Positions 36,987 through 46,769 of a DNA stretch of 64,000 nt are shown here, one piece after another. Below the pieces are notes generated by a model that made no database searches, was not told the origin of the DNA, and worked only from the letters and a program-made list of their open reading frames with translations. Within the stretch, counting starts at the first letter, position 1. Every line of letters starts with the position of its first letter. The stretch covers positions 41,162 to 105,161 of IMG/VR virus record IMGVR_UViG_3300044911_003339. One strand, 5' to 3'. Source of the stretch: a virus. The translations under genes and the position numbers were made by a program.

Positions 36987-38387
36987 ATGCCGATCTTCTC
37001 GCTGCGAAATCGAGTCCAGATCATCCGCGACATGGTGGCCCGCGTCGTCGCGCGGAGTCCTCTCGCGGGACTCACGCGCAACTCGGTCGTCTACCACGTC
37101 CTCGCAGCAGCGAGCGCAGAGGACGCGGAGCAGTACCTCCAGCTTGCGCGCCTGCGCGCGCTCTTCTCGATCGACACCGCGACGGGCTCCGACCTCGACG
37201 AGCGCGCAGCGGAGATCCAGCCCGCGGTCGTCGCGCGCCGAAGCGCACTCTACGCGTCGGGGGTCGTCACCTTCTCGCGCCCCGGCACGATCGGCGCGAC
37301 TGCGGTCCCTGCGGGCTCCATCGTCGCGGCCACGGATGCACGTGGGCAGATCCGATTCCGCACGACGGCCGCGGCGACGATCCTCGCGGGCAACACGACC
37401 GTCTCTGGCGTGCCCGTGATCGCCATGGAGGCCGGCTCTCGGGGGAACGTGGACGCGGGCCAGATCGTCCGCTTCGTCACGCGCATCCCTGGCGTCACGG
37501 GCGTGACGAATCCTGCCTCGTTCACGACGGGCCGCGATCGCGAGAGCGACGAGGAGTTCCGCGCGCGGTTGAAGGCGTACACGCAGTCGCTCTCGCGGGG
37601 GACGGTCACCGCGCTCACGGGCTACGCGCTGAACGTGCTGCTCACGACGGGACAGCGCGTGCTCTTCGCGAAGGTGTTCGAGCCTGCGATTCCGAACGGC
37701 ACGGTGCGCCTCTACATCGACGACGGCACGGGCGCGGTCGAGAGCTACTCGTCAGCGTTCATCGGCACGCCCGACGTGTTCCTGCCCGCCGCAGTCGGCG
37801 GAGAGCGCGACGTGTTCACGACGCAGAAGCCGATCCGCGACGATGGCTCGTTCGTCTTCCGCATCAACGCAGTCGTCCAGACCCGCAACGTCGATTACAC
37901 GCTGAACGCGGCGACGGGGCAGATCACCCTCACGACGACGAGCTACCCCACAGGGCTCGCGCCCGCGGATGCCTGCGAGGCGGAGTACCGATTCTACACG
38001 GGCCTCATCGCGGCCACGCAGCGAGTCATCGACGGCGACCCGGCCTTCCCGACGCAGTTCCCCGGTGTGCGCGCGGCTGGCATCACGGTGTACGTGCTCC
38101 CGCCGCAGACGCTCCTTCAGAGCGTGACGGCGAACCTCTCGGTCGCCTCGGGCTTCGACGTGACGGTCGTGACGCAGCGCGTGCGCGACGCCATCCAGGA
38201 TTACATCAACACGCTGAACATCGGCGACGACGTGATCGTCGCGGAACTGATCCAGCGCATCATGGACGTGGACGGGATGTTCGATGTGGACCTCCAGTCG
38301 CTCACAGGCTCGGCGCCTCCTGCGAATCAGGTCGTCGGAGCGACGCAGGTCGCTCGAATCTTCTCGGTCAACATCACTCTGACGTGA
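36987..38387 (+). CDS. Baseplate J-like wedge protein
   Basis: ATG.DLD..A, A.G.VTF, G..GNV.AG.I, VTNP..F..G.D.ESD.E.R.R, RAAGI.V.V. Confidence 0.9.
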   Translation: MPIFSLRNRVQIIRDMVARVVARSPLAGLTRNSVVYHVLAAASAEDAEQYLQLARLRALFSIDTATGSDLDERAAEIQPAVVARRSALYASGVVTFSRPGTIGATAVPAGSIVAATDARGQIRFRTTAAATILAGNTTVSGVPVIAMEAGSRGNVDAGQIVRFVTRIPGVTGVTNPASFTTGRDRESDEEFRARLKAYTQSLSRGTVTALTGYALNVLLTTGQRVLFAKVFEPAIPNGTVRLYIDDGTGAVESYSSAFIGTPDVFLPAAVGGERDVFTTQKPIRDDGSFVFRINAVVQTRNVDYTLNAATGQITLTTTSYPTGLAPADACEAEYRFYTGLIAATQRVIDGDPAFPTQFPGVRAAGITVYVLPPQTLLQSVTANLSVASGFDVTVVTQRVRDAIQDYINTLNIGDDVIVAELIQRIMDVDGMFDVDLQSLTGSAPPANQVVGATQVARIFSVNITLT

Positions 38388-38396
38388 GGCTCGCAC

Positions 38397-39743
38397 ATGG
38401 CAGCGAAGATCGTGATGGACGATGGTGGCGGGCCGGTTACCGGCTCGATCGAGGTGCCCGCGAGCACGCTCGTCACGCTGTCCAACCTCAACGACACGGG
38501 CGTCGCCGCCTGGGCATGGACGCTGCGCGACAAGCCCGCGGGCTCGGCCGCAACGCTCTCGGCGTCGAACGTCGCCTCTCCAACGATCACGCCCGACATC
38601 GAGGGTGAGTACCTGATCGAACTGATCACGTACCGCGACGCCGCGATGACGGTGTTCGACGGCTCTGACACTCAGGTCGTGGGAATCCGCTACGCAGGAC
38701 CCTACGCGTGGCTCCTGCCTGCCGCGGGGCAGACGAACCAACGCGACTCCGGCAAGGGCTGGAAGGTCGAACTGAACGCGATTCTGACCCAGATCCGCTC
38801 GGCACTCGCCGCTGTGGTCTCGGGCATCAACCAACTCACGGGAGACGCGACTGCGGGGCCGGGCTCGGGCTCTCAGGCGGTCACGGTGGTGCAGGCGCGA
38901 GGTCTGCGCGAGACCGGAGGACCGACAACGCTCACGATGGGCGCAGTCGCCGATGGTGAGTACCTCCTCCGTTCCGGCAACACGATCGTTGGCGGATCTG
39001 GCGGATCTGGCGGCGGTAGCACGGTGCTCTACGACATGCCGATCAGCGTCGGTTCCGTCGGTACCCCGTACTACTACCGATGGTCTGGCGACACGGGCAC
39101 ACCCGTGCCTACGTCGGTCGCCACGTCGATCGAAGCATGGGAGTGCTACCCCCGCTTCAACGCGCTTCGCTTGTCGGCCTCAGGACTCTCGTTGGGTGGG
39201 GTCGTCTGGCCAATCAACCATGGAATCGTGCTCCCGGAGCAGTATCTCCTGGAGGTGACTTTCTCGGGAATGGACTCGATGCTCGGCTCTAACAAGGCCG
39301 TTGTGTTTCCGTTCTGCGAGTTGTTCCTGGACGGAGCAAACCGCACGGTGCGGGGCTTGTCGGTCGAGTTCTATCGGTACCAAGGTCAAGCCGAGCCGCG
39401 CCCGGTCGATGTCGCACTTGGCCCGTACTCCCGTGTGTCTGGCAGCACGCTCGGGCCCGTTCAGGGATACGGCTCCACACCAGATTTCCCAGCGGGGGAG
39501 AACGTTGTCACGTTCCTCGTACGGCGCAGGCTGCCCAACTTGGGCACCACTGCGGAGTGGTCGATGCGGAGTCAGTACCTCGGCACTGATACCCCGATGA
39601 CGAACTACTTCATTTCAGGAGAAGCGGATGCACATGCGCCGTTCGACGCCCAGGCTATGACAGAAATCGCCATTGGCGTCTTCGGTGGCTCTGGCGACAT
39701 GGATGTGGACATCGCTCGGCTCCGCATTCTCTCGGTTCCGTGA
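38397..39743 (+). CDS. Probable tail fibre / receptor-binding protein with N-terminal PKD/Ig-like domain
   Basis: WAWTL..KPAGS.A.L.....P.ITPD.EG.Y PKD-like repeat; fibre-like linker; divergent C-terminal beta domain. Confidence 0.6.
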   Translation: MAAKIVMDDGGGPVTGSIEVPASTLVTLSNLNDTGVAAWAWTLRDKPAGSAATLSASNVASPTITPDIEGEYLIELITYRDAAMTVFDGSDTQVVGIRYAGPYAWLLPAAGQTNQRDSGKGWKVELNAILTQIRSALAAVVSGINQLTGDATAGPGSGSQAVTVVQARGLRETGGPTTLTMGAVADGEYLLRSGNTIVGGSGGSGGGSTVLYDMPISVGSVGTPYYYRWSGDTGTPVPTSVATSIEAWECYPRFNALRLSASGLSLGGVVWPINHGIVLPEQYLLEVTFSGMDSMLGSNKAVVFPFCELFLDGANRTVRGLSVEFYRYQGQAEPRPVDVALGPYSRVSGSTLGPVQGYGSTPDFPAGENVVTFLVRRRLPNLGTTAEWSMRSQYLGTDTPMTNYFISGEADAHAPFDAQAMTEIAIGVFGGSGDMDVDIARLRILSVP

Positions 39744-39802
39744 TGTGTGGGCGAGGAATCAATGACAGCGAAGACCACCAACCTACTCGCTGAGAGGCCG
39801 AC

Positions 39803-40279
39803 GTGACTTGGGGACTCGGCACATTCGGAATCTCGCCGTGGGGCACGGGCATCACCGCGCCCCCTCCGGGGCTCGCTGCCGTGTCGAGTCCTCACGGTGC
39901 GGGTCCTCTCGGCGGCTCGCTGGTCGAGGTGCGCGGCGGCACCGTCATCACGATCGCAGGGACCGACTTCTTCTCTCCCGTGCTCATCGAGGTGTTGGAG
40001 GGCGCGGGTGCTCCCTTCAACGTAGTCGGCACGTGCTTCGTGTGGGATTACGAGTTCGACCTGAAGAACAACCTGATCTACGCAGGCACCCCAGCGCTTC
40101 CGGCCGGCCTCTACTCGCTGCGTGTCACGACCGACGGAGGCCCGAGTCCCGTGCTCCTCGATTGCCTGGAGTACGTGCCGTTCTCGGAGGAGATGAAGGT
40201 GCAGCGCGCTCGCCGCGGCTTCGCCCCGGTGTGGAAGACGGGACCTCGCGTGCTCGTCACGAACGAGGACGGAGGCTGA
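39803..40279 (+). CDS. Virion protein with IPT/TIG-like domain
   Basis: WG.G..G.SPWG N-terminus; GGT.ITI.GT.F, TPALP.G.Y...VTT.GG.S. Confidence 0.6.
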   Translation: MTWGLGTFGISPWGTGITAPPPGLAAVSSPHGAGPLGGSLVEVRGGTVITIAGTDFFSPVLIEVLEGAGAPFNVVGTCFVWDYEFDLKNNLIYAGTPALPAGLYSLRVTTDGGPSPVLLDCLEYVPFSEEMKVQRARRGFAPVWKTGPRVLVTNEDGG

Positions 40280-40280
40280 C

Positions 40281-41267
40281 GTGGGACTACTTCAGGCGAT
40301 TCTCGACGCCATCCAGGGCGAGGACGAGCGCATCGGCGGTCAGAAGCTCACGCGTCTGACCGCGACGCTCTCCGAGACCGAGGTCGCCACGATGAGCGTG
40401 GACACGACGTACGGCTTCGGGGAGTACGACGACGGCACGGGCAACGGTCGCGTGCTCGTGGGCGGAGAGGTCATCACGTTCACAGGTCGCACGCCGACGA
40501 CCTTCACAGGGCTCACGCGCGGCGTCGGAGCCTCCCGCGTGAGGCAGCACGTTCCCACGTCGCTCGTCTACGATCTCTCGCAGAACACGAGCGCGATCGA
40601 TCACGTGAGGCGCGGGCTGTTCGTCAACTTCGCCATCGGCGAAGACCTCGACGTGATCGCGCGGAATCTCGGGCTGCCGAAGTGCCCCGGTCTCTCGGAG
40701 GCGCAGTGGCGCGCCGTGATCAAGGCGACTGCCTACCTCGCGAAGCAGCCCCTCGACGCCTTCAGGCAAGCGCTGACGGCGCTGCTCGGCGCAGGCAACT
40801 TCTCGATCCGAGAGGGCATCACGGACCCGTGGAAGGTCTTCGTCTCGATCGCGATCGTGCTCGCCACGTCGCTGCGCGGTCGTTTCGTGTTGAACGGAGG
40901 CACGCTCGCGACGGCCGACGGTGCCGGTGCGACGGTGACGGTGCCCTACGACGTGAATCACGTCATCGGCGTGTACCTCGACACGCCGCTCGCGCGTCGC
41001 GGTGAGCGCTCGGGCCTCACGAACTACTTCCTGCCCGGAGGCTCCTTCCTCGGGCCGGTCATCACGCTGGGCACGGCCACGGCACCGTCTGCGGCGGTCA
41101 TCGTCGATTACGGCGCGCACGAAGCCCACTACCTCGCACCGAACGAGACCACGCTCGACGACGCCGATTACTACGCCTATCTCGCGGACCCGCTCTTGAC
41201 CGCTCGCTGCTTGGTGGATCACATCCGAGCAGCGGGCATCAAGGTCGAAGTCACCGCGATGCTCTGA
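40281..41267 (+). CDS. Baseplate wedge / fibre attachment protein (gpI-like)
   Basis: A.GEDLD.IA.NLG......SE..WR..I; C-terminal RAAGIKV. Confidence 0.65.
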   Translation: MGLLQAILDAIQGEDERIGGQKLTRLTATLSETEVATMSVDTTYGFGEYDDGTGNGRVLVGGEVITFTGRTPTTFTGLTRGVGASRVRQHVPTSLVYDLSQNTSAIDHVRRGLFVNFAIGEDLDVIARNLGLPKCPGLSEAQWRAVIKATAYLAKQPLDAFRQALTALLGAGNFSIREGITDPWKVFVSIAIVLATSLRGRFVLNGGTLATADGAGATVTVPYDVNHVIGVYLDTPLARRGERSGLTNYFLPGGSFLGPVITLGTATAPSAAVIVDYGAHEAHYLAPNETTLDDADYYAYLADPLLTARCLVDHIRAAGIKVEVTAML

Positions 41268-41276
41268 GGAGACGCC

Positions 41277-43919
41277 ATGAGAATCGTTCAGTGGACCGCG
41301 CAGGAGCGAGTCGATCAGCCCGACATCACGGCGATGTCGTTCCTCGTGCTCGGGGAGTTCCGTCGCCTTGCGCGTTCGGTGCTGCTCGGAGAGAGCGCGC
41401 TGAAGGTGATTCGAGGCTTCGCGGTCGAGGCCGCGGCCCCGCCCGACACGACGGTCATCGTGAAGCTCGACCCCGGAGGCGGAAATCCCCTGTCGGCGGC
41501 GCTCGGCGCAGAGGACACGGGCTTCACTGATCACGGCGCGCTCATCGGCGATCGCGACTCCAACGGCGCATCGAGCCTGGAGGGCAACGCGCAGCAGATC
41601 ATCGACTTCACCGGACAGCCGGTCGGCGTCTACACGATCGAGATGACGTTCCAGTACGCCTCGGGTGCGAACGACAACCGCGCGTTCTGGAATCCTGGCA
41701 CGAACACGGAGAGCATCGCCGCGACCGACACGCGCTTCCTCCCGACGTGGACCACGCAGATCGTCGCAGCCCCCACGGGAGGTGCGTGGATCCCTCTCGC
41801 CACGGTCAACTGGGGCGGCGGCGTCATCGTGAGCGGCGACATCACGGACGCGCGCACGTTCGCGTTCGAGGGGACCCGACCATTCCGGCAGACGACGCAG
41901 ACCGGCACGGGCGGCGTGCCGGACTTCTCGCGCTCGACCTCGCGAGGGTCCGTCACGGTCGAGCGCAACGGCGTCTACACCGCGCTCCGCGCGCTCGCGC
42001 GTCAGGTGCAGGACATCAAGGGGCCTGCGACCGATGGGCAGTGGGACTGGTTCTCCTACGTCGCGAAGCCCTTCGATCCGGGAGGCGTGCTCACGGCGGG
42101 GCTCACGAAGAATCTTCGCTCCATCGACACCGTGACCTACACCGTCGGCGACGGCACGACGACGTTCGGCGACTTCAACGGCGCGACGGGCCTCAACGCG
42201 TGTCTTGCTCACCTCGACGCGATGGCCGCCGCGAACGTGCCCGAGCGTGTCGAGATCGTGCTCCACGGCGGAGTCACCTACACGCTGACGGGCTCGAAGA
42301 ACATCGCGGGAGGTCTCGGCAATCCGCTCACGATCATCATCCGCGCAGGGCAGACTCTCGCGCAGGCGAACACGGGCACGTACGGCAGGCCCCGCGTGGA
42401 GATCGACGGTGCGTCGCTCGCGGTCTCCTCGTACGCGCTCGCGGTTTCTGGCAGCGGGCTCGGCTCGCTCACGCTGCGCGACATCGACGTGACCTGGACG
42501 GGCACCACGGCGGGCGGGCGAGGCGCGTTTGCGACCACGGGCGCTCTCATCGTCGAGCGATGCAGTCTGCTCTCAGGCACGACGCCCGCCGTGGACGCGG
42601 GCTACACGCTCTCGTCGGCGAACGCGCGTCGCAGCGCTGTGAGGCACTCGACCATCGTGGGTCGTGTGCAGTTCTACGACGACGATGCCTCGGGCTCTCC
42701 TCCGGTCGAGGGTGAGTGCGGCGTGATCGAGCACTGCCGAATCGACTCCGCGCAGGTCGTGCTCCACGCAGACGCGGCCGGCGCTCCGGGCCGAGACATG
42801 GTGAACGGATTCGCGATCCGCAACACGTTCCTCCAGGGGCGCGGCACGGCGATCTACAACTCCTCGCTCGCGGTCATCGACGCGCGAAGCGCGCGCAAGC
42901 TGCGCGTCTCCGACTGCACCATCAACTACGGCACGAACGAGAACGCGATCGACGGGCGCACCTACAGCACCGTCACGCCGTTCGACTGGTGCATCGAGCG
43001 CTGCCGCTTCGACGACGGAGCGACGAACGGCGCAGCCCACGCTTCCGGTGCTGGAGGCTCGGGCGCGGCTGGTACGGGCTGGGCGATCTCGGTCAGCGCG
43101 GGCGCGATGATCACGCTGCGGGGCAACCGCTACGCCGTGACGAACTCGGTCGATGCCGGCTGCGTGCGGCTCTCCGACGTTCAGGGATTCGAGATCGACG
43201 GTGCTCAGCACCTCTTCTGCGGGCACGCCTCGGGCGGTGCGGACCAGTTCGACGGCTACCTGCTCACTGGCACGGGCAACGGCTGCTTCCTCGGCTCGAT
43301 GCGCGGAATCAACTTCTCCGACTGGAGCACGGGCGTCACGCGCGTGATCGCGATCAACCTCGACTTCGTGTCACGCCTCGACATCGAGGCGAGCGTGCTG
43401 CTCGGGCAGGAGACCGCGTTCGGCGCAGCCCTCGTGCCTGCTGCCGGCTTCGGCGCGATGCGCGTGGATCAGATCCAGGACGTGTCGGTGCGCGGCTGTC
43501 TGTTCGAGAAGTGGGCGAACGCGACTGCGAACTCTCGGACGATCTTCTTCACGTCGAACCTTCAGTCGTTCACCGCGAGCGAGTGCAGCTTCCTCGACTG
43601 CGGCGGCTTCTCGGTCATCCGCTCCGCAGGCTCTCCGGTCGCCGTGACGCTGGACGACTGCAAGCACTACACGGGCGATGGCGCGAACGAGGATTTCGCG
43701 GACCTGCGCTCGTGCATCGCGCCTCGCGTGACGAACTGCAAGGGCACGGTCACGGCGGGCGGACCGAACACGTTCGTGTCGTTCAACACCGCCAACTTCC
43801 TCTTCATGGGGAATCAGTGCCCGAACGGCGACTTCAACATGAACGGCGCAGCGGTCGCGGGCCGCGGCTTCAACGAAGCCGGGCAGGATCTCAACCTCGT
43901 CAACGCGTACACGCCCTGA
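41277..43919 (+). CDS. Tail fibre / tailspike with right-handed beta-helix
   Basis: N-terminal ERVD.PD baseplate-attachment motif; TVGDG...FGDFNG; periodic x-I-x-x-C-x-F/I repeats typical of pectin-lyase-like beta-helices. Confidence 0.75.
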   Translation: MRIVQWTAQERVDQPDITAMSFLVLGEFRRLARSVLLGESALKVIRGFAVEAAAPPDTTVIVKLDPGGGNPLSAALGAEDTGFTDHGALIGDRDSNGASSLEGNAQQIIDFTGQPVGVYTIEMTFQYASGANDNRAFWNPGTNTESIAATDTRFLPTWTTQIVAAPTGGAWIPLATVNWGGGVIVSGDITDARTFAFEGTRPFRQTTQTGTGGVPDFSRSTSRGSVTVERNGVYTALRALARQVQDIKGPATDGQWDWFSYVAKPFDPGGVLTAGLTKNLRSIDTVTYTVGDGTTTFGDFNGATGLNACLAHLDAMAAANVPERVEIVLHGGVTYTLTGSKNIAGGLGNPLTIIIRAGQTLAQANTGTYGRPRVEIDGASLAVSSYALAVSGSGLGSLTLRDIDVTWTGTTAGGRGAFATTGALIVERCSLLSGTTPAVDAGYTLSSANARRSAVRHSTIVGRVQFYDDDASGSPPVEGECGVIEHCRIDSAQVVLHADAAGAPGRDMVNGFAIRNTFLQGRGTAIYNSSLAVIDARSARKLRVSDCTINYGTNENAIDGRTYSTVTPFDWCIERCRFDDGATNGAAHASGAGGSGAAGTGWAISVSAGAMITLRGNRYAVTNSVDAGCVRLSDVQGFEIDGAQHLFCGHASGGADQFDGYLLTGTGNGCFLGSMRGINFSDWSTGVTRVIAINLDFVSRLDIEASVLLGQETAFGAALVPAAGFGAMRVDQIQDVSVRGCLFEKWANATANSRTIFFTSNLQSFTASECSFLDCGGFSVIRSAGSPVAVTLDDCKHYTGDGANEDFADLRSCIAPRVTNCKGTVTAGGPNTFVSFNTANFLFMGNQCPNGDFNMNGAAVAGRGFNEAGQDLNLVNAYTP

Positions 43920-43931
43920 GTGGAGGCCGTC

Positions 43932-44297
43932 ATGGGAATCTGGTCTGAGTTGCTCTGGAACCCGATCATCGTCGTCATCGCGTTCGTCATCGGCACGCTC
44001 GGCGAGATCGCGAAGCGAGCCGTCAAGGCGAAGGCCGGCGACAAGGGGTGGCGAGGCGTCTACTACGTCACGCTCCCCGCGCATCCTGTGCTCGTCGGCG
44101 CGCTCGTGGGCCTGATCCCGTGGCTCCCGATCCCCGAGGCGCTCACGAAGGAGGGATTCGAGTTCGCGGGTCGCCTCGCGACGGGTCTCCTGGGAGGCAT
44201 CCTCTGCAAGATCGGCTACGACATCCTCGTCTCGACCGCGAAGCGCATGCTCGGTCAGGGCGCGGCGCGCGAGAGCAATCCTCCCGACGGAAGGTGA
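43932..44297 (+). CDS. Multi-TM membrane protein, holin candidate
   Basis: GGAGG then ATG at 43932; three hydrophobic segments and a charged C-terminus. Confidence 0.55.
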   Translation: MGIWSELLWNPIIVVIAFVIGTLGEIAKRAVKAKAGDKGWRGVYYVTLPAHPVLVGALVGLIPWLPIPEALTKEGFEFAGRLATGLLGGILCKIGYDILVSTAKRMLGQGAARESNPPDGR

Positions 44298-44300
44298 CCC

Positions 44301-44786
44301 ATGACGAAGCGCCCCTGGTATCGCGGATTCCTCTACATCGGCACGCTGCCGACTGATCTCGTCGGCTGGCTCTGCGTCGCCGTCGTGCGCGCTCTCTGGG
44401 GGCGTGACCTCGCGTGGCAGGACGGCGTGCTCTTCGTCCGGCTGAAGAAGGACACGTGGTTCGAGAAGCGCTTCTATCAGAAGTGGGGAGGCTCCACGAT
44501 CGGCCACGCGATCATCATCAACGAGCGCTGGGACGGCGAGCGCATCGTGCTCCACGAGTTCGCGCACGTGGAGCAGAAGGAAGCCTACGGCCTGCTCGGC
44601 GTCGTCTGCGCGCTCGCGTGCGTGTGGTGGGCGTGGTGGATCGCGCTCCTCTTCTGGTTCTTCATGCCGACGCTCTCGTACGTGCTCGGCGGCTGCGCGG
44701 CGGTGCTGCGCGGCGAGGACTGGTACCGCGGCAACCACAACGAGGAGAGCGCTCGCGCGCACGCTCTCGCTGAGGGGCGCGAGTGA
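44301..44786 (+). CDS. Membrane protein with HExxH zinc-peptidase motif
   Basis: GGSTIGHAII...VLHEFAHVEQ...Y..N..E..AR; hydrophobic helices. Confidence 0.6.
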   Translation: MTKRPWYRGFLYIGTLPTDLVGWLCVAVVRALWGRDLAWQDGVLFVRLKKDTWFEKRFYQKWGGSTIGHAIIINERWDGERIVLHEFAHVEQKEAYGLLGVVCALACVWWAWWIALLFWFFMPTLSYVLGGCAAVLRGEDWYRGNHNEESARAHALAEGRE

Positions 44787-45142
44787 GCGACGGCCCCGTC
44801 AAGATTCCCGTCTCGTGGTTCGTGGCCGCCATCGGCCTCGGGCTGCTCGTGGTCGTGCTCTCGTTCTTCATCGGGCGAGGGTGCGAGCGTTCTCCACAGC
44901 CTGTGGATGAACTGGGGATCGATGCGGGGCCTGGAGAGGCCGAGATCGCGGCGAGGCTCGACGGGTCGCTTCAGGCGGCCGAGGTCGAGCTTCGTCGCAT
45001 CGAGGAGCAGCACGCAGCCGACATCGCTGCGTTCGAGGCGCTCCAGCGCGAGAAGTACGAGGAGATGCGCGCCGAGGGGCCCGAGGCCCTCGCGCACTGG
45101 TTCTCCGACTTCAATCGGAGGCTGCGAGACGGAGGTCCGTGA
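44783..45142 (+). CDS. Membrane-anchored coiled-coil protein (spanin-like)
   Basis: N-terminal TM ending GRGC, then a coiled coil. Confidence 0.45.
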   Translation: MSDGPVKIPVSWFVAAIGLGLLVVVLSFFIGRGCERSPQPVDELGIDAGPGEAEIAARLDGSLQAAEVELRRIEEQHAADIAAFEALQREKYEEMRAEGPEALAHWFSDFNRRLRDGGP

Positions 45143-45654
45143 TGATTCGTGCCTTGCAGGTTGCCGTCCTGTGTTGCGTGGCGGCGTTCACCCCCCTGTC
45201 GCATGCTCGGGCGCAGGACGGCAACCTGCAAGGCACGGGGCCCGCGCAGACGCCCCCAGGAAGCCCGGAGAGCACCGAGCCGCGTGGAGAGGTCGTCTTC
45301 CTCCCTGCGGGCCGGCCAGCCCCCTTCGCGGGCTTCCTCCTGGAAGGGCAGGATCTCGCGCGCTGGCGCTTCCACATCGAGACCCTGGAGTACCGGCTCG
45401 CGCGAGACGCCGAAGCCGCGGCTGCTCGGCTCGACGTGCTGCTCGGGATGGAGCGCGCCCGCACGAGCGCGGCCGAGGAGAGGCTCACGCTCCGCGACAC
45501 GCTCTGGCAGCAGCGCGTCGAGCAGCTTGCTTCAGAGCTTCGGGAGGCGCGGCGTGCCGTCGAGCGCGGGTGGTGGGAGAGCCCCGCTCTCTGGTTCGCG
45601 ATCGGCATGGTCGTCGCTGGCGGTGCTGTGATCGGAATCGCCGCCGCTCTCTGA
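45139..45654 (+). CDS. Secreted coiled-coil protein with C-terminal TM (spanin-like)
   Basis: Signal peptide (AxA), G.PAPF.G.LL, coiled coil, C-terminal TM. Confidence 0.5.
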   Translation: MMIRALQVAVLCCVAAFTPLSHARAQDGNLQGTGPAQTPPGSPESTEPRGEVVFLPAGRPAPFAGFLLEGQDLARWRFHIETLEYRLARDAEAAAARLDVLLGMERARTSAAEERLTLRDTLWQQRVEQLASELREARRAVERGWWESPALWFAIGMVVAGGAVIGIAAAL

Positions 45655-46593
45655 GCGTGCGCGGATGTTCGCCAGCTTGACGGCCTCGCCGAACGCGGTG
45701 AAGGCCGCTCGCTCTTCCTCGGTCAGCGGATCCGCCATGGGGTCAACGTTGATCAGAGAGAGCGCGTGAACGACGCTCGCGTAGGGAGTTGCGAACGGCG
45801 GGGGCATCGGCGGAGGACTCTTCATCACGGTCTTGAACATCCCCGGTGCCCCAGGTACCGGCTCCAGTTCGCGATCGTCGGGAAGCCGGAGCTTCCCCGC
45901 GTACTGCCGTACGTACGGACCGACCGACTTGGCGGCGATGGCCTGAGTCAAGAGTCGCGCTCGGTAATCGCTGTCCAACTCTCCTGCGTAGCGAAGCATG
46001 CCAAGCTCGGTGCCGATCTCATCCAGCAGCCCGGCAGCGTTCTCGGCGAGCAGGCGGCGCAGATCCTCTTCAGCTTGATCGGGTTCGAATCCCGCAGGCA
46101 CGGCCTCGCCGCGTCGCTTCCGCATGAAGGCTGCGAACGCGGTAGCGCTCATGGAGGCCGAGTGCGCGCCTTCCTTCTTGCTGCTGTGAGGTCCCAGCAA
46201 GAAGCTGCGCGCTCTGGTGCGCACATGCGTAATCGCATTGGCGCGCGAGACGTGCCAATCCAGACCGCGCTCACCCTCCACGAGACCGGCGAGCAGCTTG
46301 CCGCCGCCCTCCCACGAGAACGCCGCGGTGTACGAGCGAGAGCGACCGAGGGTCAGCACGAGGAAGGCGAGGTCTTCCTCAGGGTCGCCGTCGAGGAGTT
46401 TCACGGCGTTGAACCCGCCGATTCCTCTGAGCGTGAGAGAATCCAAGATCGTGACTTCTTCTCCGAACTCGGTCGCAATCTTGTGGAGGTGCTCCGCGCG
46501 CGTCCAGATCGTGATCTCTTCGCTGTAAGAGATTACCCGCTGCCGGACGTAGTTGAGAACGATCTCCAGGGTCTCTCTGTAGCTCTTGCCCAT
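45532..46593 (-). CDS. Hypothetical protein (only minus-strand gene)
   Basis: 353 aa with protein-like composition; TAAGGAG upstream; its 3' end overlaps the convergent gene by about 120 nt. Confidence 0.65.
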   Translation of the reverse strand: MGKSYRETLEIVLNYVRQRVISYSEEITIWTRAEHLHKIATEFGEEVTILDSLTLRGIGGFNAVKLLDGDPEEDLAFLVLTLGRSRSYTAAFSWEGGGKLLAGLVEGERGLDWHVSRANAITHVRTRARSFLLGPHSSKKEGAHSASMSATAFAAFMRKRRGEAVPAGFEPDQAEEDLRRLLAENAAGLLDEIGTELGMLRYAGELDSDYRARLLTQAIAAKSVGPYVRQYAGKLRLPDDRELEPVPGAPGMFKTVMKSPPPMPPPFATPYASVVHALSLINVDPMADPLTEEERAAFTAFGEAVKLANIRARSESGGDSDHSTASDDHADREPESGALPPPALDGTPRLPKL

Positions 46594-46727
46594 GCTCTCT
46601 CCTTACCCGATTACGACCCGCTCCTCTCCGGCCGGACTCTGGTGCTGGGATCGCGCGGAGCGCACAATGGGTCGGGCGAAATCCGAAGCGAAGCGCGGAC
46701 ACACGCCCCCCATTAGCCGCTCCGCGG

Positions 46728-46765
46728 CTTCAATCTGATTCGACGTTAGGAGAATCAGATTGAAG
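46728..46765. repeat. Perfect 14-bp inverted repeat
   Basis: CTTCAATCTGATTC (46728-41) / GAATCAGATTGAAG (46752-65), 10-nt spacer. Confidence 0.9.
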
Positions 46766-46769
46766 GCTT

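Noticed and set aside
26894-41267. Bacterial contractile injection system (eCIS/T6SS/tailocin)
   Set aside because: Linked portal, protease, capsid and replication genes show this is a phage.
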